A stretch of 64,000 nucleotides of DNA from NCBI GenBank assembly GCA_039815185.1, contig JBCBZT010000005.1, positions 96,001 to 160,000 of the forward strand. Direction: 5' to 3'. Below, in pieces: positions 20,071-30,158 of the stretch (positions are counted from its first letter, which is position 1; every line of letters begins with the position of its first letter). This DNA comes from Cyanobacteria bacterium P01_A01_bin.123. GTDB lineage: Bacteria; Cyanobacteriota; Cyanobacteriia; Phormidesmidales; Phormidesmidaceae. The notes beneath the pieces were generated by a model. The model was not told where the DNA came from, ran no database searches, and saw nothing but the letters and a program-made list of their open reading frames with translations. Position numbers and translations under genes: made by a program.

Positions 20071-20838
20071 ATGCTGAATCCTGCCTCTACGGTCTCATCA
20101 CCTCTATTGCGTTTGGGCACCCATGCTCTGGCGGTGGAAGAATTGTGTTTTGCCTATCCTGATGGTCTCCAGGTTTTACAGGCGGTAGAGTTTGAGATTC
20201 AATGGGGAGAGCGAGTTGGGTTGATTGGCCCCAACGGAGCGGGCAAAACGACGCTATTTATGCTGCTGTGTGGCCTGTTGACTCCCAATCAGGGGGAGAT
20301 CCGCCTGTTTGAACGGGCTGTCGTCCCTGGGGAGTTTCGCTCTGAAATTGGCTTGGTATTTCAAAATCCTGCGGATCAGTTGTTCTCCCTTTCAGTTCGC
20401 GATGACGTTGCCTTTGGCCCAATCAACATGGGGCTCTCTGCTGATGAGATAGAGCGACGGGTACAGGCGGCACTGTATCTGACGGGGATGGTTGAGTTTG
20501 CCGATCGGCCACCCCACCATCTGTCAGGGGGACAAAAGCGAATGGTGGCGATCGCGAGCGTGTTAGCCATGCATCCCCAGTTGATTATTTATGACGAACC
20601 CAGCGCCAATCTGGATATCCGGGCGCGACGACGGTTGATTCAGTTTTTGCAGCATGCGGAGCAAACCACTTTGGTTTGTTCCCACGATTTAGACCTGATT
20701 TTGGATGTCTGCGATCGCGTGTTGTTGATCGACCAGGGGCAGATTATTGCCGATGGGCCAACGCGGGAGATTATGGGCAACGGTTCGCTGATGGAGGCCC
20801 ATGGGTTGGAGTGTCCCTATGCGTTGTCCAATCATTAA
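20071..20838 (+). CDS. cbiO: Co/Ni ECF transporter ATPase
   Basis: GPNGAGKTT, VFQNPADQLF, LSGGQKR, DEP, SHDLD; ending MEAHGLECP typical of CbiO. Confidence 0.9.
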   Translation: MLNPASTVSSPLLRLGTHALAVEELCFAYPDGLQVLQAVEFEIQWGERVGLIGPNGAGKTTLFMLLCGLLTPNQGEIRLFERAVVPGEFRSEIGLVFQNPADQLFSLSVRDDVAFGPINMGLSADEIERRVQAALYLTGMVEFADRPPHHLSGGQKRMVAIASVLAMHPQLIIYDEPSANLDIRARRRLIQFLQHAEQTTLVCSHDLDLILDVCDRVLLIDQGQIIADGPTREIMGNGSLMEAHGLECPYALSNH

Positions 20839-21184
20839 ACGATGATGGCGTGGCAAGCAGTCAGTCTGCCTCTGCCCAAGGATCCCCTAACTTCGCGCTA
20901 ATAAGGGAAACTCATCCTGCAAAATCACCCGATTTCAGTCATTAATCGGGCAATGCTTTGTAGCTTTCTATACTATTGAAGCAACAGGTTCGAAGAGCCC
21001 GCCGCAAAGCCACCTACAACCGAAACATGGCAGTCATTAGCCTCTGCTGGAATTTCCTTCAATGAGGATGTCAACACAGATCAAAAATCACTGAGGACTG
21101 TGTTTCTGTTGTAGTTATAGGGAACCATAGCCTAAGTGTTACCTGATATCAATTGTGCGAGTGTAACTTAAAGGCAATAATTTC

Positions 21185-22342
21185 ATGGTGCATCAAGCAG
21201 GCTTTGAGGCAACCCAATTCGCAACAGAGCTACAGGTTGACCCGTCGTCTTACTTCAAGAGAGAATTTCAGCTTTACTATCAGCCGATAATATCACTTGA
21301 AAATCAAAGATTACATAGCTTTGAAGCCCTCATCTGGTGGCAACCAAGTAGGGCGCAGTTTTATTCATCGAACTTGCTTGATTTGCTTAAGGACTCTACA
21401 TTAGATGTGCCTTTACATCAATGGATACTTTATGAAGCTTGCCAGCAACTTAAATTTTGGCAGATTTACTATTTAGCTAATATTCCTTTGTCCTTGAGCG
21501 TTAATTTGTCTGTTAGACAATTAAACCAAAAGCAAATTGTTGAGTTTGTAGAATATTTAATCGCTTCAGTTAAGCTGATGCCTACTCATCTACAGTTAGA
21601 GATTCCTGCAGAATGGGCATTGCAAAATTGGTCAGCCGCAAAAGCTATTTTCAATCGGTTTAAGCGGATAGGAATTTCAATTTGCGTTGATGACTTCGAT
21701 CCATCATATATGTCTTACGAAGATTTGAAAGGCTTACCCATTAAGGTTCTTAAAATCAAGCAAGATTATATCAGACAGCTGCCAAATAATTATGATTTCC
21801 AGAACGCTTTTCAAGAAATCATTTTGGTAGCGAAAAGCGCTCGTATTCAAGTTGCGGCCAGAGGAATTGAGAAAGCTTCTGAATTAGATGCCATAAAATC
21901 CCTAGGTTGCACAGCTGCTCAAGGCGTCTTCCTCTCAGAGCTACTATCTGCACGTCAAGCAGCTGAATTGATTTCCTGGCAGGTTAAAAAACAGCCCAAA
22001 GATTTGATGGCTTATGTCATAGTGATGAACATTCTGAGTCAATTTGCTCAGTGTTTTCTAGGCAAAACTGTCGTGATCCGACTCTGGAAAGAAACCATGC
22101 CGAAAAAGCCATGGCTGGCTTTAATTAAACCCTACGAAGATCGTCGGCTGATCCTGAAGTCGGTACGGCTTAACAAACTAGATATGACGCGCCAGCAAGA
22201 ACTACGGCAGTGGATGTATCAATTTATCCAGCGCTGTAGTCGTATCGTTAAGAACTTTTCCCAACTTTTAATTCAGGCTGAACGCACTCCAGCGGAAACA
22301 AGACTCCTTAGCGTTTTATGCCCAACTCTATTTTCAGAGTAG
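21185..22342 (+). CDS. EAL-domain protein, degenerate, with C-terminal extension
   Basis: YQPI...EAL, SVN, LEI, DDF, LKI, QG; EGVE replaced by RGIE. Confidence 0.85.
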   Translation: MVHQAGFEATQFATELQVDPSSYFKREFQLYYQPIISLENQRLHSFEALIWWQPSRAQFYSSNLLDLLKDSTLDVPLHQWILYEACQQLKFWQIYYLANIPLSLSVNLSVRQLNQKQIVEFVEYLIASVKLMPTHLQLEIPAEWALQNWSAAKAIFNRFKRIGISICVDDFDPSYMSYEDLKGLPIKVLKIKQDYIRQLPNNYDFQNAFQEIILVAKSARIQVAARGIEKASELDAIKSLGCTAAQGVFLSELLSARQAAELISWQVKKQPKDLMAYVIVMNILSQFAQCFLGKTVVIRLWKETMPKKPWLALIKPYEDRRLILKSVRLNKLDMTRQQELRQWMYQFIQRCSRIVKNFSQLLIQAERTPAETRLLSVLCPTLFSE

Positions 22343-22427
22343 TTTGTCAAGCTGACCTTGGTGCTGAGAATCCTCTTCGGTGCATGTGTTGGCTGGGGGT
22401 GAATATCAGCTAAGGCAATTTCAGGCA

Positions 22428-22499
22428 TGCGATCGCGTTATTTCAGCCACGTTTCTGGAATTGTCGGTGACGGCTGAGGCGATATTTGGGGCGGCTGGT
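22428..22499 (+). repeat. 72-bp dispersed repeat, copy 1 (starts with HIP1)
   Basis: 60/72 gapless identity with 23393-23464. Confidence 0.85.
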
Positions 22500-22550
22500 T
22501 TTTAGAGTGCTTAGTGGCGCAACAGTTGCGCTATTACAGGGGCAAGACAG

Positions 22551-22736
22551 TCAGTTTTCTTCAGATTGGGGATTATCGCGTCCGATGAGATAGTCAAGCA
22601 CCCGGTCGATCTTATCTAGTGCAGCCTGGATGCTATCTAAAGTAGTCTGGATAGTGCGGCGAAACGCTTCAAACTCGGCCCGATCACTGACGGCTTGTAG
22701 GGCGAGTTGGGCCATTGTGCGATCCAGACTGGCCAT
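22551..22736 (-). CDS. small coiled-coil hypothetical protein
   Basis: Amphipathic helical sequence ending LDKIDRVLDYL; start uncertain. Confidence 0.55.
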   Translation of the reverse strand: MASLDRTMAQLALQAVSDRAEFEAFRRTIQTTLDSIQAALDKIDRVLDYLIGRDNPQSEEN

Positions 22737-22928
22737 CTGTTGGCGATGGGGGGATTGGCCATGGGGTGATCTGATTTGGATGCTTAACGCATTCTACCCG
22801 CCTTATTTTGGCCCGACTTATTCTGGGAGGAGATTGCGGACTTTGCTAGCGTGGCCATATAGAAATGGTTTGCTGAAGTGGGCGTTGGGCAAGAGAAATT
22901 ATTTAAGTAACTACCAAGGGAAAAGAGA

Positions 22929-23366
22929 ATGTTGCAATCGTGGATTAACGAGTTCGAGGGAAGTGAGTGGGAAGGTAGAGCTGAGTTGTGGCTTGATCCT
23001 GAAGGTAATGAAGTTGATATTAGTCAATGTACTTTAGCTATCAATTCAGGTGTTCTTGCTTACACGTGGGTTTACAAAGGCGAAACAAAAACGGGTTCTT
23101 TCACATTTCATGATGGTGGTGCAACGTGGACAGATAGCTGGCATCAGCCAGAACCTAGGCATTGTGAATATCTTAGTGGTGCTTGGGGGCTCTTCACCGT
23201 TGAATATTCATATTCAGTTCCATCAAGCCCTGACTGGGGTTGGAGAAGTAAGCTATCACAGAGGCCAGATGACAGTTTGGTTCTCCAAATGACCAATATT
23301 GCCCCATGGGGTGAAGAGGGTCGGGCTGTAAGAATGATATTTCAAAGCGCGGACGCGAAATCTTGA
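22929..23366 (+). CDS. hypothetical protein, Trp-rich beta fold
   Basis: 145-aa ORF with a purine-rich RBS. Confidence 0.75.
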   Translation: MLQSWINEFEGSEWEGRAELWLDPEGNEVDISQCTLAINSGVLAYTWVYKGETKTGSFTFHDGGATWTDSWHQPEPRHCEYLSGAWGLFTVEYSYSVPSSPDWGWRSKLSQRPDDSLVLQMTNIAPWGEEGRAVRMIFQSADAKS

Positions 23367-23392
23367 TGGGTTGGCGTTAAGGATATTGGAAG

Positions 23393-23464
23393 TGCGATCG
23401 CGTTGTTTCGGCTACGTTTCTGGAGTTGGCGGTGATGGCTGAGACAGTCTTTGGGGCTGCTAGT
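23393..23464 (+). repeat. 72-bp dispersed repeat, copy 2
   Basis: 60/72 identity with 22428-22499. Confidence 0.85.
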
Positions 23465-23470
23465 GGGCCA

Positions 23471-23503
23471 AGATCCCTGGGTTTTCAGAAAACCCAGGGA
23501 TCT
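23471..23503. repeat. 33-bp palindrome (REP/small-dispersed-repeat-like)
   Basis: AGATCCCTGGGTTTTC-A-GAAAACCCAGGGATCT. Confidence 0.85.
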
Positions 23504-23684
23504 GAGACTTTTAAGTCTCTCATCGCTTTGACGTTCACAGCTATTCAAGTGACATAGCGGCGAAATGTTTTCTAGGTATTGGTGGTGTAGCTAATCAGCA
23601 CTTAAATTTGAACTGGCTCTGTTTTCGCGTAGCTGGCATCCGTACGGATCTCAAAAAATTGCGGTTGACGAATGTCTATGTATT

Positions 23685-23786
23685 GATGTTCAACCGATCG
23701 TCTCTTCCATATTTCCAGAACTGACCTTAACCGTGAGTCAAATCCTGGCTGCTGGAAAATTACCTGGCGAACAAGAAAATCCCTAA
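23685..23786 (+). pseudogene. 3' remnant of a Uma2 (DUF820)-like endonuclease gene
   Basis: Translates as IVSSIFPELTLTVSQILAAG...*, resembling the cyanobacterial Uma2 C-terminus; no upstream gene body. Confidence 0.6.
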
Positions 23787-24537
23787 ACCATCCATCTAAA
23801 ACTACTCGCCACCCTACTGATTCTGGATTGGAATTTATTCTGAATATGATCAGTTGCTGAAAAAGTCATGATACTGCCACATAATATTGTGCAGGAGTGG
23901 ACGGATTGGAAAAAACCCAGGCATTACTCAAAAATGTTGACCGCGATATACGGAAAAATTTTGCCTATTTATCCAAATCAGCGGAACGTCCAGGGTTATT
24001 CAGTCTAATAATAGTTTAATAGTTGTACTGCTCAGGCGATCGCTGTCCTGTTCGTCGTGCATGGTTAGCTTGCCAAAATCTGAGGGAACCCTAAGGGACA
24101 AACTGATCCAATTGAACCCCAGATTCCAACTAAACCTATGAGCGTTCAAACTCGCATCACCTCACCTCAAACATTGCCTGAAACCCCTTGGCTATGCCAT
24201 TGTTGAGTCACTGTATTTAGGTTAGAGCTTGTTGGTAGCAGACGCTACAAGACAATGACGCTACAAGACAATTTGGTCGGGGCATCTCAGTCAACAAAAC
24301 TTTCTCCAGTAGAACTAGTAGGATTTGGTTTTAGTAGCCCCACAGAACTCTATAGGGGCAGCTTAGATAGAAAAATCACAATAGATCAAAGCAGCAAATT
24401 GATTATGAAGCTACCTGTTTCAGGATAAGTACGGCTAAAACGGTTTTTGGAAATACTAATTGATCTGGTTGCAATGCTTCACTCGTAGTCTTTCTGAATC
24501 CTTGAAACTAATCCTTGAAACTATAGTCCATTGATTT

Positions 24538-26784
24538 ATGCAGAATTTATTGCCACGGGCCATCAACCTTTATCAGACCTCCCTTACAGCAAAAACCTTG
24601 CTGAATATGTCGCTGAGGGTTGCATTGGTGGTGTTGGTGTCAGCTATTGTGAGCTATTTCCACGTTGTGCATAACCTAGAAGCTCAAACGATTCAGGAAT
24701 TAGAAAGTTACATAACAGAGCGTGGACAACGAGAAAGTTCAATATTCCAACTAGCAGAAGATAATTTAACTGCCTTGCGGGATCGCTTTTTACAGGAAAT
24801 AGGCCAACCCTCTAAGCAGAATGTCTTAGCGGAGTTTAATCAGCAATTTTTTGCTTGGGATGATGGTACAACTCGTAATTTTCACAATGACCGACCGCTG
24901 TCAGAATTCGATACCATTCGACAAGCCACCTCATTTGTCAATAAATGGACGGAGATTACTCCAGCGCTCAAACGACAACTATTAATTGCTCAACGTTTGA
25001 TTACTAGCCATGGCATAGCATGGAGTAATCGGTTTATGAATACCTATTTGAATACAGTCGAAAACACGACAACAATATACTGGAGCAGCACTCCGCTGGG
25101 ATTACAGGCGAAATCTGATTTTGAACCATCTCAAGATGAGTACCTTTATGCGGCAGACCCCCAGCATAATCCAAACCGACAGCCTGTTTGGACAGGGGTT
25201 TATTCTGATACTGTGACTGGGGTTTGGATGGTGTCAGCTGTAGTTCCTCTTTATGAGGGAGATCGCTTTGTCGGTGGCTTTGGCCACGACATTCAGCTTG
25301 ATAACTTGATAGAGCAAACCATTAATAATAATTTACCAGGAGCTTATAATCTTATCTTTAGTCGAGGCGGTCGATTAATTGCTCATCCTCAATACATTGA
25401 GGAAATTCAACAGGCCCAGGGTAATTTAAATATAAATAACTTAAACGACGACCATCTTCAAGAAATTTTCCAACTGAGCCTGGCTATGCCAACAGGTGTG
25501 ATTGAAAATAAAAGAGATCAGGAGTTCTTGGCAGTCACACAACTGGCTGGCCCAGATTGGCTCTTCGTAACAGTCTATCCGAAAGCACTCCTTTCAGAAG
25601 CAGCTTTGGACACCATTAAATTTGTTCTGGCTGCTAGTTTTATAGCTCTCTTGGTTGAAGTTATCTTGCTGTTTTCCGTCTTGCAAAATCAGATTACTGA
25701 TCCACTCCACTATCTCATGACGGCAAGTCAGAAATTGGCGGATGGTGAATTTGAAGTAGATCTCAAAATTAATCGCAAAGATGAATTGGGCCAGCTTGCG
25801 TTGTCGTTTTCACAAATGACTCATCAACTTCAAAATGCTTTTCGTGCTTTACAGCAAAAGGTCGTAGAAAAAGAGCGGGCAGAAGAACTAATAATTGAAA
25901 GAAATAATGCCCTTGAACAGGCTTTGATTGAACTCCAGAGAATGCAGCTGCAAACCGTGCAATACGAGAAGATGGCGACTTTAGGTGACTTGGTCGCTGG
26001 GGTGGCGCATGAAATCAACAACCCTATTGGTTTCCTCAATGGTAGCATCCAAAATTTGGAAGATTATGTCAAAGACTTATTTGAGCATTTAGAAACTTAT
26101 CGAGAGCAGCATCCTCCCAATGATCTAGTTCAAGAAAACGCTGAAGACATTGATTTGGAATTTGTGCTAAAAGATTTACCCAAACTGCTGGAGTCTATGT
26201 GGGAGGCGACAGATCGCATTAAGGGCATCAGCATTAGCCTACGTACCTTCTCGCGCGCTGATACTGAATACAAAGTCAGCGCGAATCTCCATGAAAGTCT
26301 CGATAGCACGTTGCTGATCCTGAAATATCGACTCAAGGCCAATGATCAGCGCCCGAAGATTGAAGTGGTTCAAAACTATGGTGAGCTACCGGAGATTGAC
26401 TGTTTCCCCGGCCAGCTCAATCAGGTGTTTATGAATATCCTCGCTAACGCGATCGATATGTTCGATGAAATAGCCCAGGAAACTACTTTTGAAGATTTGA
26501 AAGAGGATTCTCAAAAAATCACAGTTCAAACTGCTATATCGGCCAACCAAAGTGCTATCGAGATTCGAATTGCTGACAACGGCAAAGGTATGTCAGAAGA
26601 GGTTAAATCCAGGATTTTTGATCACTCTTTTACAACTAAAAGTGTTGGTAAAGGGACTGGATTAGGGCTGGCGATCGCTCGACAAATTGTAGTGGAAAAA
26701 CACGGCGGTAGCCTAGAGGTGCAGTCTGAGTTGGGGCAAGGTACTGAGTTCTCTATCCGCCTACCAATTCATGTCTATTCGTAA
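24538..26784 (+). CDS. membrane sensor histidine kinase (Cache-HAMP-HisKA-HATPase)
   Basis: Two TMs; HAMP RKDELGQLA; H-box AGVAHEINNP; NILANAID, DNGKGM, GTGLGL. Confidence 0.95.
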   Translation: MQNLLPRAINLYQTSLTAKTLLNMSLRVALVVLVSAIVSYFHVVHNLEAQTIQELESYITERGQRESSIFQLAEDNLTALRDRFLQEIGQPSKQNVLAEFNQQFFAWDDGTTRNFHNDRPLSEFDTIRQATSFVNKWTEITPALKRQLLIAQRLITSHGIAWSNRFMNTYLNTVENTTTIYWSSTPLGLQAKSDFEPSQDEYLYAADPQHNPNRQPVWTGVYSDTVTGVWMVSAVVPLYEGDRFVGGFGHDIQLDNLIEQTINNNLPGAYNLIFSRGGRLIAHPQYIEEIQQAQGNLNINNLNDDHLQEIFQLSLAMPTGVIENKRDQEFLAVTQLAGPDWLFVTVYPKALLSEAALDTIKFVLAASFIALLVEVILLFSVLQNQITDPLHYLMTASQKLADGEFEVDLKINRKDELGQLALSFSQMTHQLQNAFRALQQKVVEKERAEELIIERNNALEQALIELQRMQLQTVQYEKMATLGDLVAGVAHEINNPIGFLNGSIQNLEDYVKDLFEHLETYREQHPPNDLVQENAEDIDLEFVLKDLPKLLESMWEATDRIKGISISLRTFSRADTEYKVSANLHESLDSTLLILKYRLKANDQRPKIEVVQNYGELPEIDCFPGQLNQVFMNILANAIDMFDEIAQETTFEDLKEDSQKITVQTAISANQSAIEIRIADNGKGMSEEVKSRIFDHSFTTKSVGKGTGLGLAIARQIVVEKHGGSLEVQSELGQGTEFSIRLPIHVYS

Positions 26785-26881
26785 ATTTTGCATCAGAGTG
26801 GTGGCGCAGTAAAACAAATCGTTAGAGCTGCTGTATTGAAGCGGTTGATCGGGGAAAAGGCGGCGACAGCGAATCAACTCC

Positions 26882-27020
26882 ACTGACCTTAACCTTTACC
26901 AAATCCTGGCTGCTGGAGAGTTATCCATAGACTGACCTTAACCTTTAGCCAAATCCTGGCTGCTGGAGAGTTGTCCATAGAACCGGATAATTCCTGATCC
27001 ACCTATCTAAAACTAATCGC
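26882..27020 (+). repeat. tandem duplication (~49 bp) of the Uma2-remnant repeat
   Basis: ACTGACCTTAACCTTTA(G)CCAAATCCTGGCTGCTGGAGAGTT.TCCATAG twice; 26931-27020 aligns gaplessly with 23720-23809. Confidence 0.85.
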
Positions 27021-27624
27021 TATCCCAAACCTTAGCTAATCGCTGATCGCGACCGCAGCCAAATCGATAAACCTTATAGCGCACGGGGTGGGTTTCATAA
27101 TAGTTTTGATGATAGTCTTCCGCTTCGTAAAACGTGGTCGCAGGGCGAATTGTCGTGGCAATTTCTTGGTCAAACTTCAACGTTTCCAAATCTTGCTTGG
27201 ACTGCGCTGCGAGAGCTTGCTGCTGCTCATCGTGGTAAAAAATTGCCGATCGATACTGGCTCCCCTTATCGCAAAACTGACCCCGGTCATCCAAGGGATC
27301 AACATTGTGCCAAAACACATCTAGCAGTTGTTCGTAGCTGACCTTGTCTGGGTCATAAACCACTTGCATCGCCTCCACATGGCCCGTTGTTCCCGAAGAA
27401 ACTTGGTAGTAAGTTGGGTTTTCCTTGTCACCCCCCGTATATCCCGATGTTGTCGAGACAACGCCGTCGAGTTCGTCGAAGGGATGCTCCATGCACCAAA
27501 AACAGCCGCCTGCAAAGGTGGCTTTGGCTAGGGGGCTGTCAGCTTGGGCAAAGCCTGCTATGGAGGTAAGAGAAATGAGGCAAAGAACCAAAACGGAGAG
27601 GGCAATGGAGAAGAGTCTGGACAT
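27013..27624 (-). CDS. msrA: peptide-methionine (S)-S-oxide reductase with signal peptide
   Basis: FAGGCFWC, GYTGG, AEDYHQNYY. Confidence 0.95.
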   Translation of the reverse strand: MSRLFSIALSVLVLCLISLTSIAGFAQADSPLAKATFAGGCFWCMEHPFDELDGVVSTTSGYTGGDKENPTYYQVSSGTTGHVEAMQVVYDPDKVSYEQLLDVFWHNVDPLDDRGQFCDKGSQYRSAIFYHDEQQQALAAQSKQDLETLKFDQEIATTIRPATTFYEAEDYHQNYYETHPVRYKVYRFGCGRDQRLAKVWDSD

Positions 27625-27794
27625 GAATTTAAGAACTAAGGGCGATCGCGATTGTATCTAAATCGTAACAATTTTTCCTCCCCAGAGTTTATAGTGCTGG
27701 CCAGCTTGCTGAATGCATCGAGTATCGCTGAGATGCCCAATACATAAGCAATCTGGCTTGCCGTAGCACCCAAAGCTTTGTGGGTACGGCGATA

Positions 27795-28979
27795 TTAAAG
27801 CCCTACTTTTGATGGCGATCGCGGGCGGGTACCCCACAGTATGGCCATCAGCGCGATCGCCATCAGCGGTAACCCCACCTGATTCACTGTCAGCCAGCTA
27901 AAGCGGTGGAATAAATGGCCGGAGAGAAAAGTAGTTAATGTGACAAAGCCAAACATCAAAAAGTCATGGGCGGCTTGGGTTTTAGCCTGCTCTGCCGGGG
28001 TATAAGCGGCTGTCAGCAGCGTGGTGGAGCCGACAAACATAAAATTCCAGCCGATGCCGAGTAGCAGTAAGGCGATCGCGAAATGCTCAAAACTCAGGCC
28101 CAATAGGTTAGTCCCTAAAGCCAGCAGGTTTAGCAAAATCCCAACCAGGATAATCGGAATGACGCCAAAATATCGAATTAAAGACCCAGTCAAAAAGGAG
28201 GGCGCAAACATACCCAACACGTGCCACTGAATCACCGATGCAGTAGCCCCAAAGGAATGAGGCACAGCTTGCATCGCTAAAGGGGTTGCCGTCATCACCA
28301 GCGTCATCACGCCATAGCCAATCATGCTGCCGATCACCGCCACCAAAAATACGGGTTGACCCATGATTGTCAGCAGCGATCGCCCCGTGTCTTGATTTTC
28401 TTGCACGAGGGGGGGCGGGGTTTGAATCAGCACCAAACAGACCACCGTCAGTAACTGGAGCCCCAAAATCGCCACCAGCGACCCAACATATAGCGTCGAG
28501 TCAAACCAGGTTTGGGAAACTCGGGCTAGCCAAGGGGCGGCGATCGCGGCAATGGTGCCCCCCGCCACCACCCAAGAAATCGCCTGGGCACGGAAAGCTT
28601 CGGTTGCCGCGTCGGCAGCGGCAAAGCGGTAGTAGCCCACAAACCCGTTGAATGCCCCCAAGAGCGCGATCGCCAGACAAAACAACCCAAAGCTCTGTTG
28701 CTGCACCGAGGCGATCCCCAACCCAGCACCCACTACCCCCAAGCCCGAGCCAATCAAAAAGCCCTGTTGCCGCCCTAAGCGCCGCATGAATAGGGCCGCT
28801 GGGATGGTTAGGGCCATGGTTGCCACCTGCCGCAGGGTCAGCGGCAACGTCGCCAAAGATTTGTCTTCAGCCAAACCAAAGCCAATCAGCGCCGCTGTGG
28901 TGATCAAAATTGTGTTGCTTGACATCGCCAGGGCTTGGCATAGGGCCAAAAGAGCTACGTTTCGTCGGGCCAGGGACAT
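27795..28979 (-). CDS. MFS transporter
   Basis: Multi-TM protein; YRFAAAD; GWNFMFVGSTTLL. Confidence 0.9.
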   Translation of the reverse strand: MSLARRNVALLALCQALAMSSNTILITTAALIGFGLAEDKSLATLPLTLRQVATMALTIPAALFMRRLGRQQGFLIGSGLGVVGAGLGIASVQQQSFGLFCLAIALLGAFNGFVGYYRFAAADAATEAFRAQAISWVVAGGTIAAIAAPWLARVSQTWFDSTLYVGSLVAILGLQLLTVVCLVLIQTPPPLVQENQDTGRSLLTIMGQPVFLVAVIGSMIGYGVMTLVMTATPLAMQAVPHSFGATASVIQWHVLGMFAPSFLTGSLIRYFGVIPIILVGILLNLLALGTNLLGLSFEHFAIALLLLGIGWNFMFVGSTTLLTAAYTPAEQAKTQAAHDFLMFGFVTLTTFLSGHLFHRFSWLTVNQVGLPLMAIALMAILWGTRPRSPSKVGL

Positions 28980-29160
28980 AGGTATCGATTTGGGATTCTG
29001 GGCTTTGTTGTGAGTTCGGTTGTTTGAGTGCCCTGCAAATTACCCGTGGGGGTAATGTCAGTGGCCCCATCTGCCAAACACAATGGGGGCAAGTATAACC
29101 CCCGTCGATAACCAGAATCTATCGCTTTTTCCGATTTGCTCCATTGTGTTCCTGAATACT

Positions 29161-29826
29161 ATGACGCTTTCCCTGATCAACGTTACCCGCTACTACCAAG
29201 GCAAATCCCATCAAGATCAAGCACTGACTTATCTGCAACAGCAGCTTGAAGCCACCCAGCCCAATTTACTGGCCGATAATTCAGAATTTGCTCGACGCTG
29301 GCGCAACCTCAACCCGGTATCGCCCGACCGTTTGATCTCAGCAGAAGGCATTGGTTTGGCTCAGCTGGGTATGACCTACGGCGCGTTCAAACAGCAATTG
29401 GGCGAGGCGATAACTTTCCAGGTGCGATCGCCCTTTATCGTCGATTTCGACGCGATCGCTGTCGTTCTAGATGGCCAAGACCTCTTCTACATCCTCTATC
29501 CAGCCAGCACCACCCTAACCGACGTCGATACCCTTGAAAGCCTAGTCACCGAAAATCCGAACTTCCGCACCGCCGCAGGGGTCGGTCCCGGCGTTTTGCT
29601 GCAGCAAGGTGTCCAAGCTTATGGTGCGCCTAGCTTTAGCTATAGCCTAGCCAACGAATCCCGCGAGTTTGTTAAATTTGCCAATCAACCTTCTCCCCGC
29701 ATTGGCTTTAGCCCAGTTGCTCCCTGCTATCAGTTTGCAGGCATCTACAGTGAACCCGTTCAAGAATTTAACCAAACCAATGCCTACCAGGCAAATACGT
29801 CGCTGTGTCGCGTTTGGGTGAGTTGA
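29161..29826 (+). CDS. hypothetical protein
   Basis: Long ORF; ATG at 29161 chosen over the upstream ATG at 29083. Confidence 0.65.
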   Translation: MTLSLINVTRYYQGKSHQDQALTYLQQQLEATQPNLLADNSEFARRWRNLNPVSPDRLISAEGIGLAQLGMTYGAFKQQLGEAITFQVRSPFIVDFDAIAVVLDGQDLFYILYPASTTLTDVDTLESLVTENPNFRTAAGVGPGVLLQQGVQAYGAPSFSYSLANESREFVKFANQPSPRIGFSPVAPCYQFAGIYSEPVQEFNQTNAYQANTSLCRVWVS

Positions 29827-29832
29827 GAGGCA

Positions 29833-29957
29833 GTGATGGGGTGATGGCGTAATCGGGTGATGGGGAAGGTGGGGTAGAATCGTTGGCGAATTCCTCCCCA
29901 CCTTCCCCATCTGTTCCACCTCAACTACTCCCTCACTCCCCCAACTCCCCGCTCCCC
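29833..29957. repeat. degenerate short tandem repeats (GGGTGAT / CCCCACT-like) in facing orientation
   Basis: G-rich GTGATGG units followed by C-rich CTCCC units; STRR-like. Confidence 0.5.
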
Positions 29958-30158
29958 TGCGATCGCCGCCGTCGACATCGATCAGAACAATACTTCACCT
30001 CATCCCAACAGTCGGCCCATTTTTTTCGCCAGGTGAAGGGACGTTGGCAAACGGGGCACTGCTTGGTGGGTAAGTCAGATTTGGAACGTTGGCGTGCCAT
30101 AGATTAGGGTGGAGTGGGTTAAGTTAACAAACCTCTTAAGATTATCCCTTCAAAGCCT

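Noticed and set aside
22428..23503. Integron attC cassettes
   Set aside because: No integron integrase, no clear RYYYAAC/GTTRRRY boxes, and the enclosed genes are divergent
26882..26980. Tandem repeat as a CRISPR array
   Set aside because: Only two adjacent units, no unique spacers and no cas genes; it translates as a protein tail
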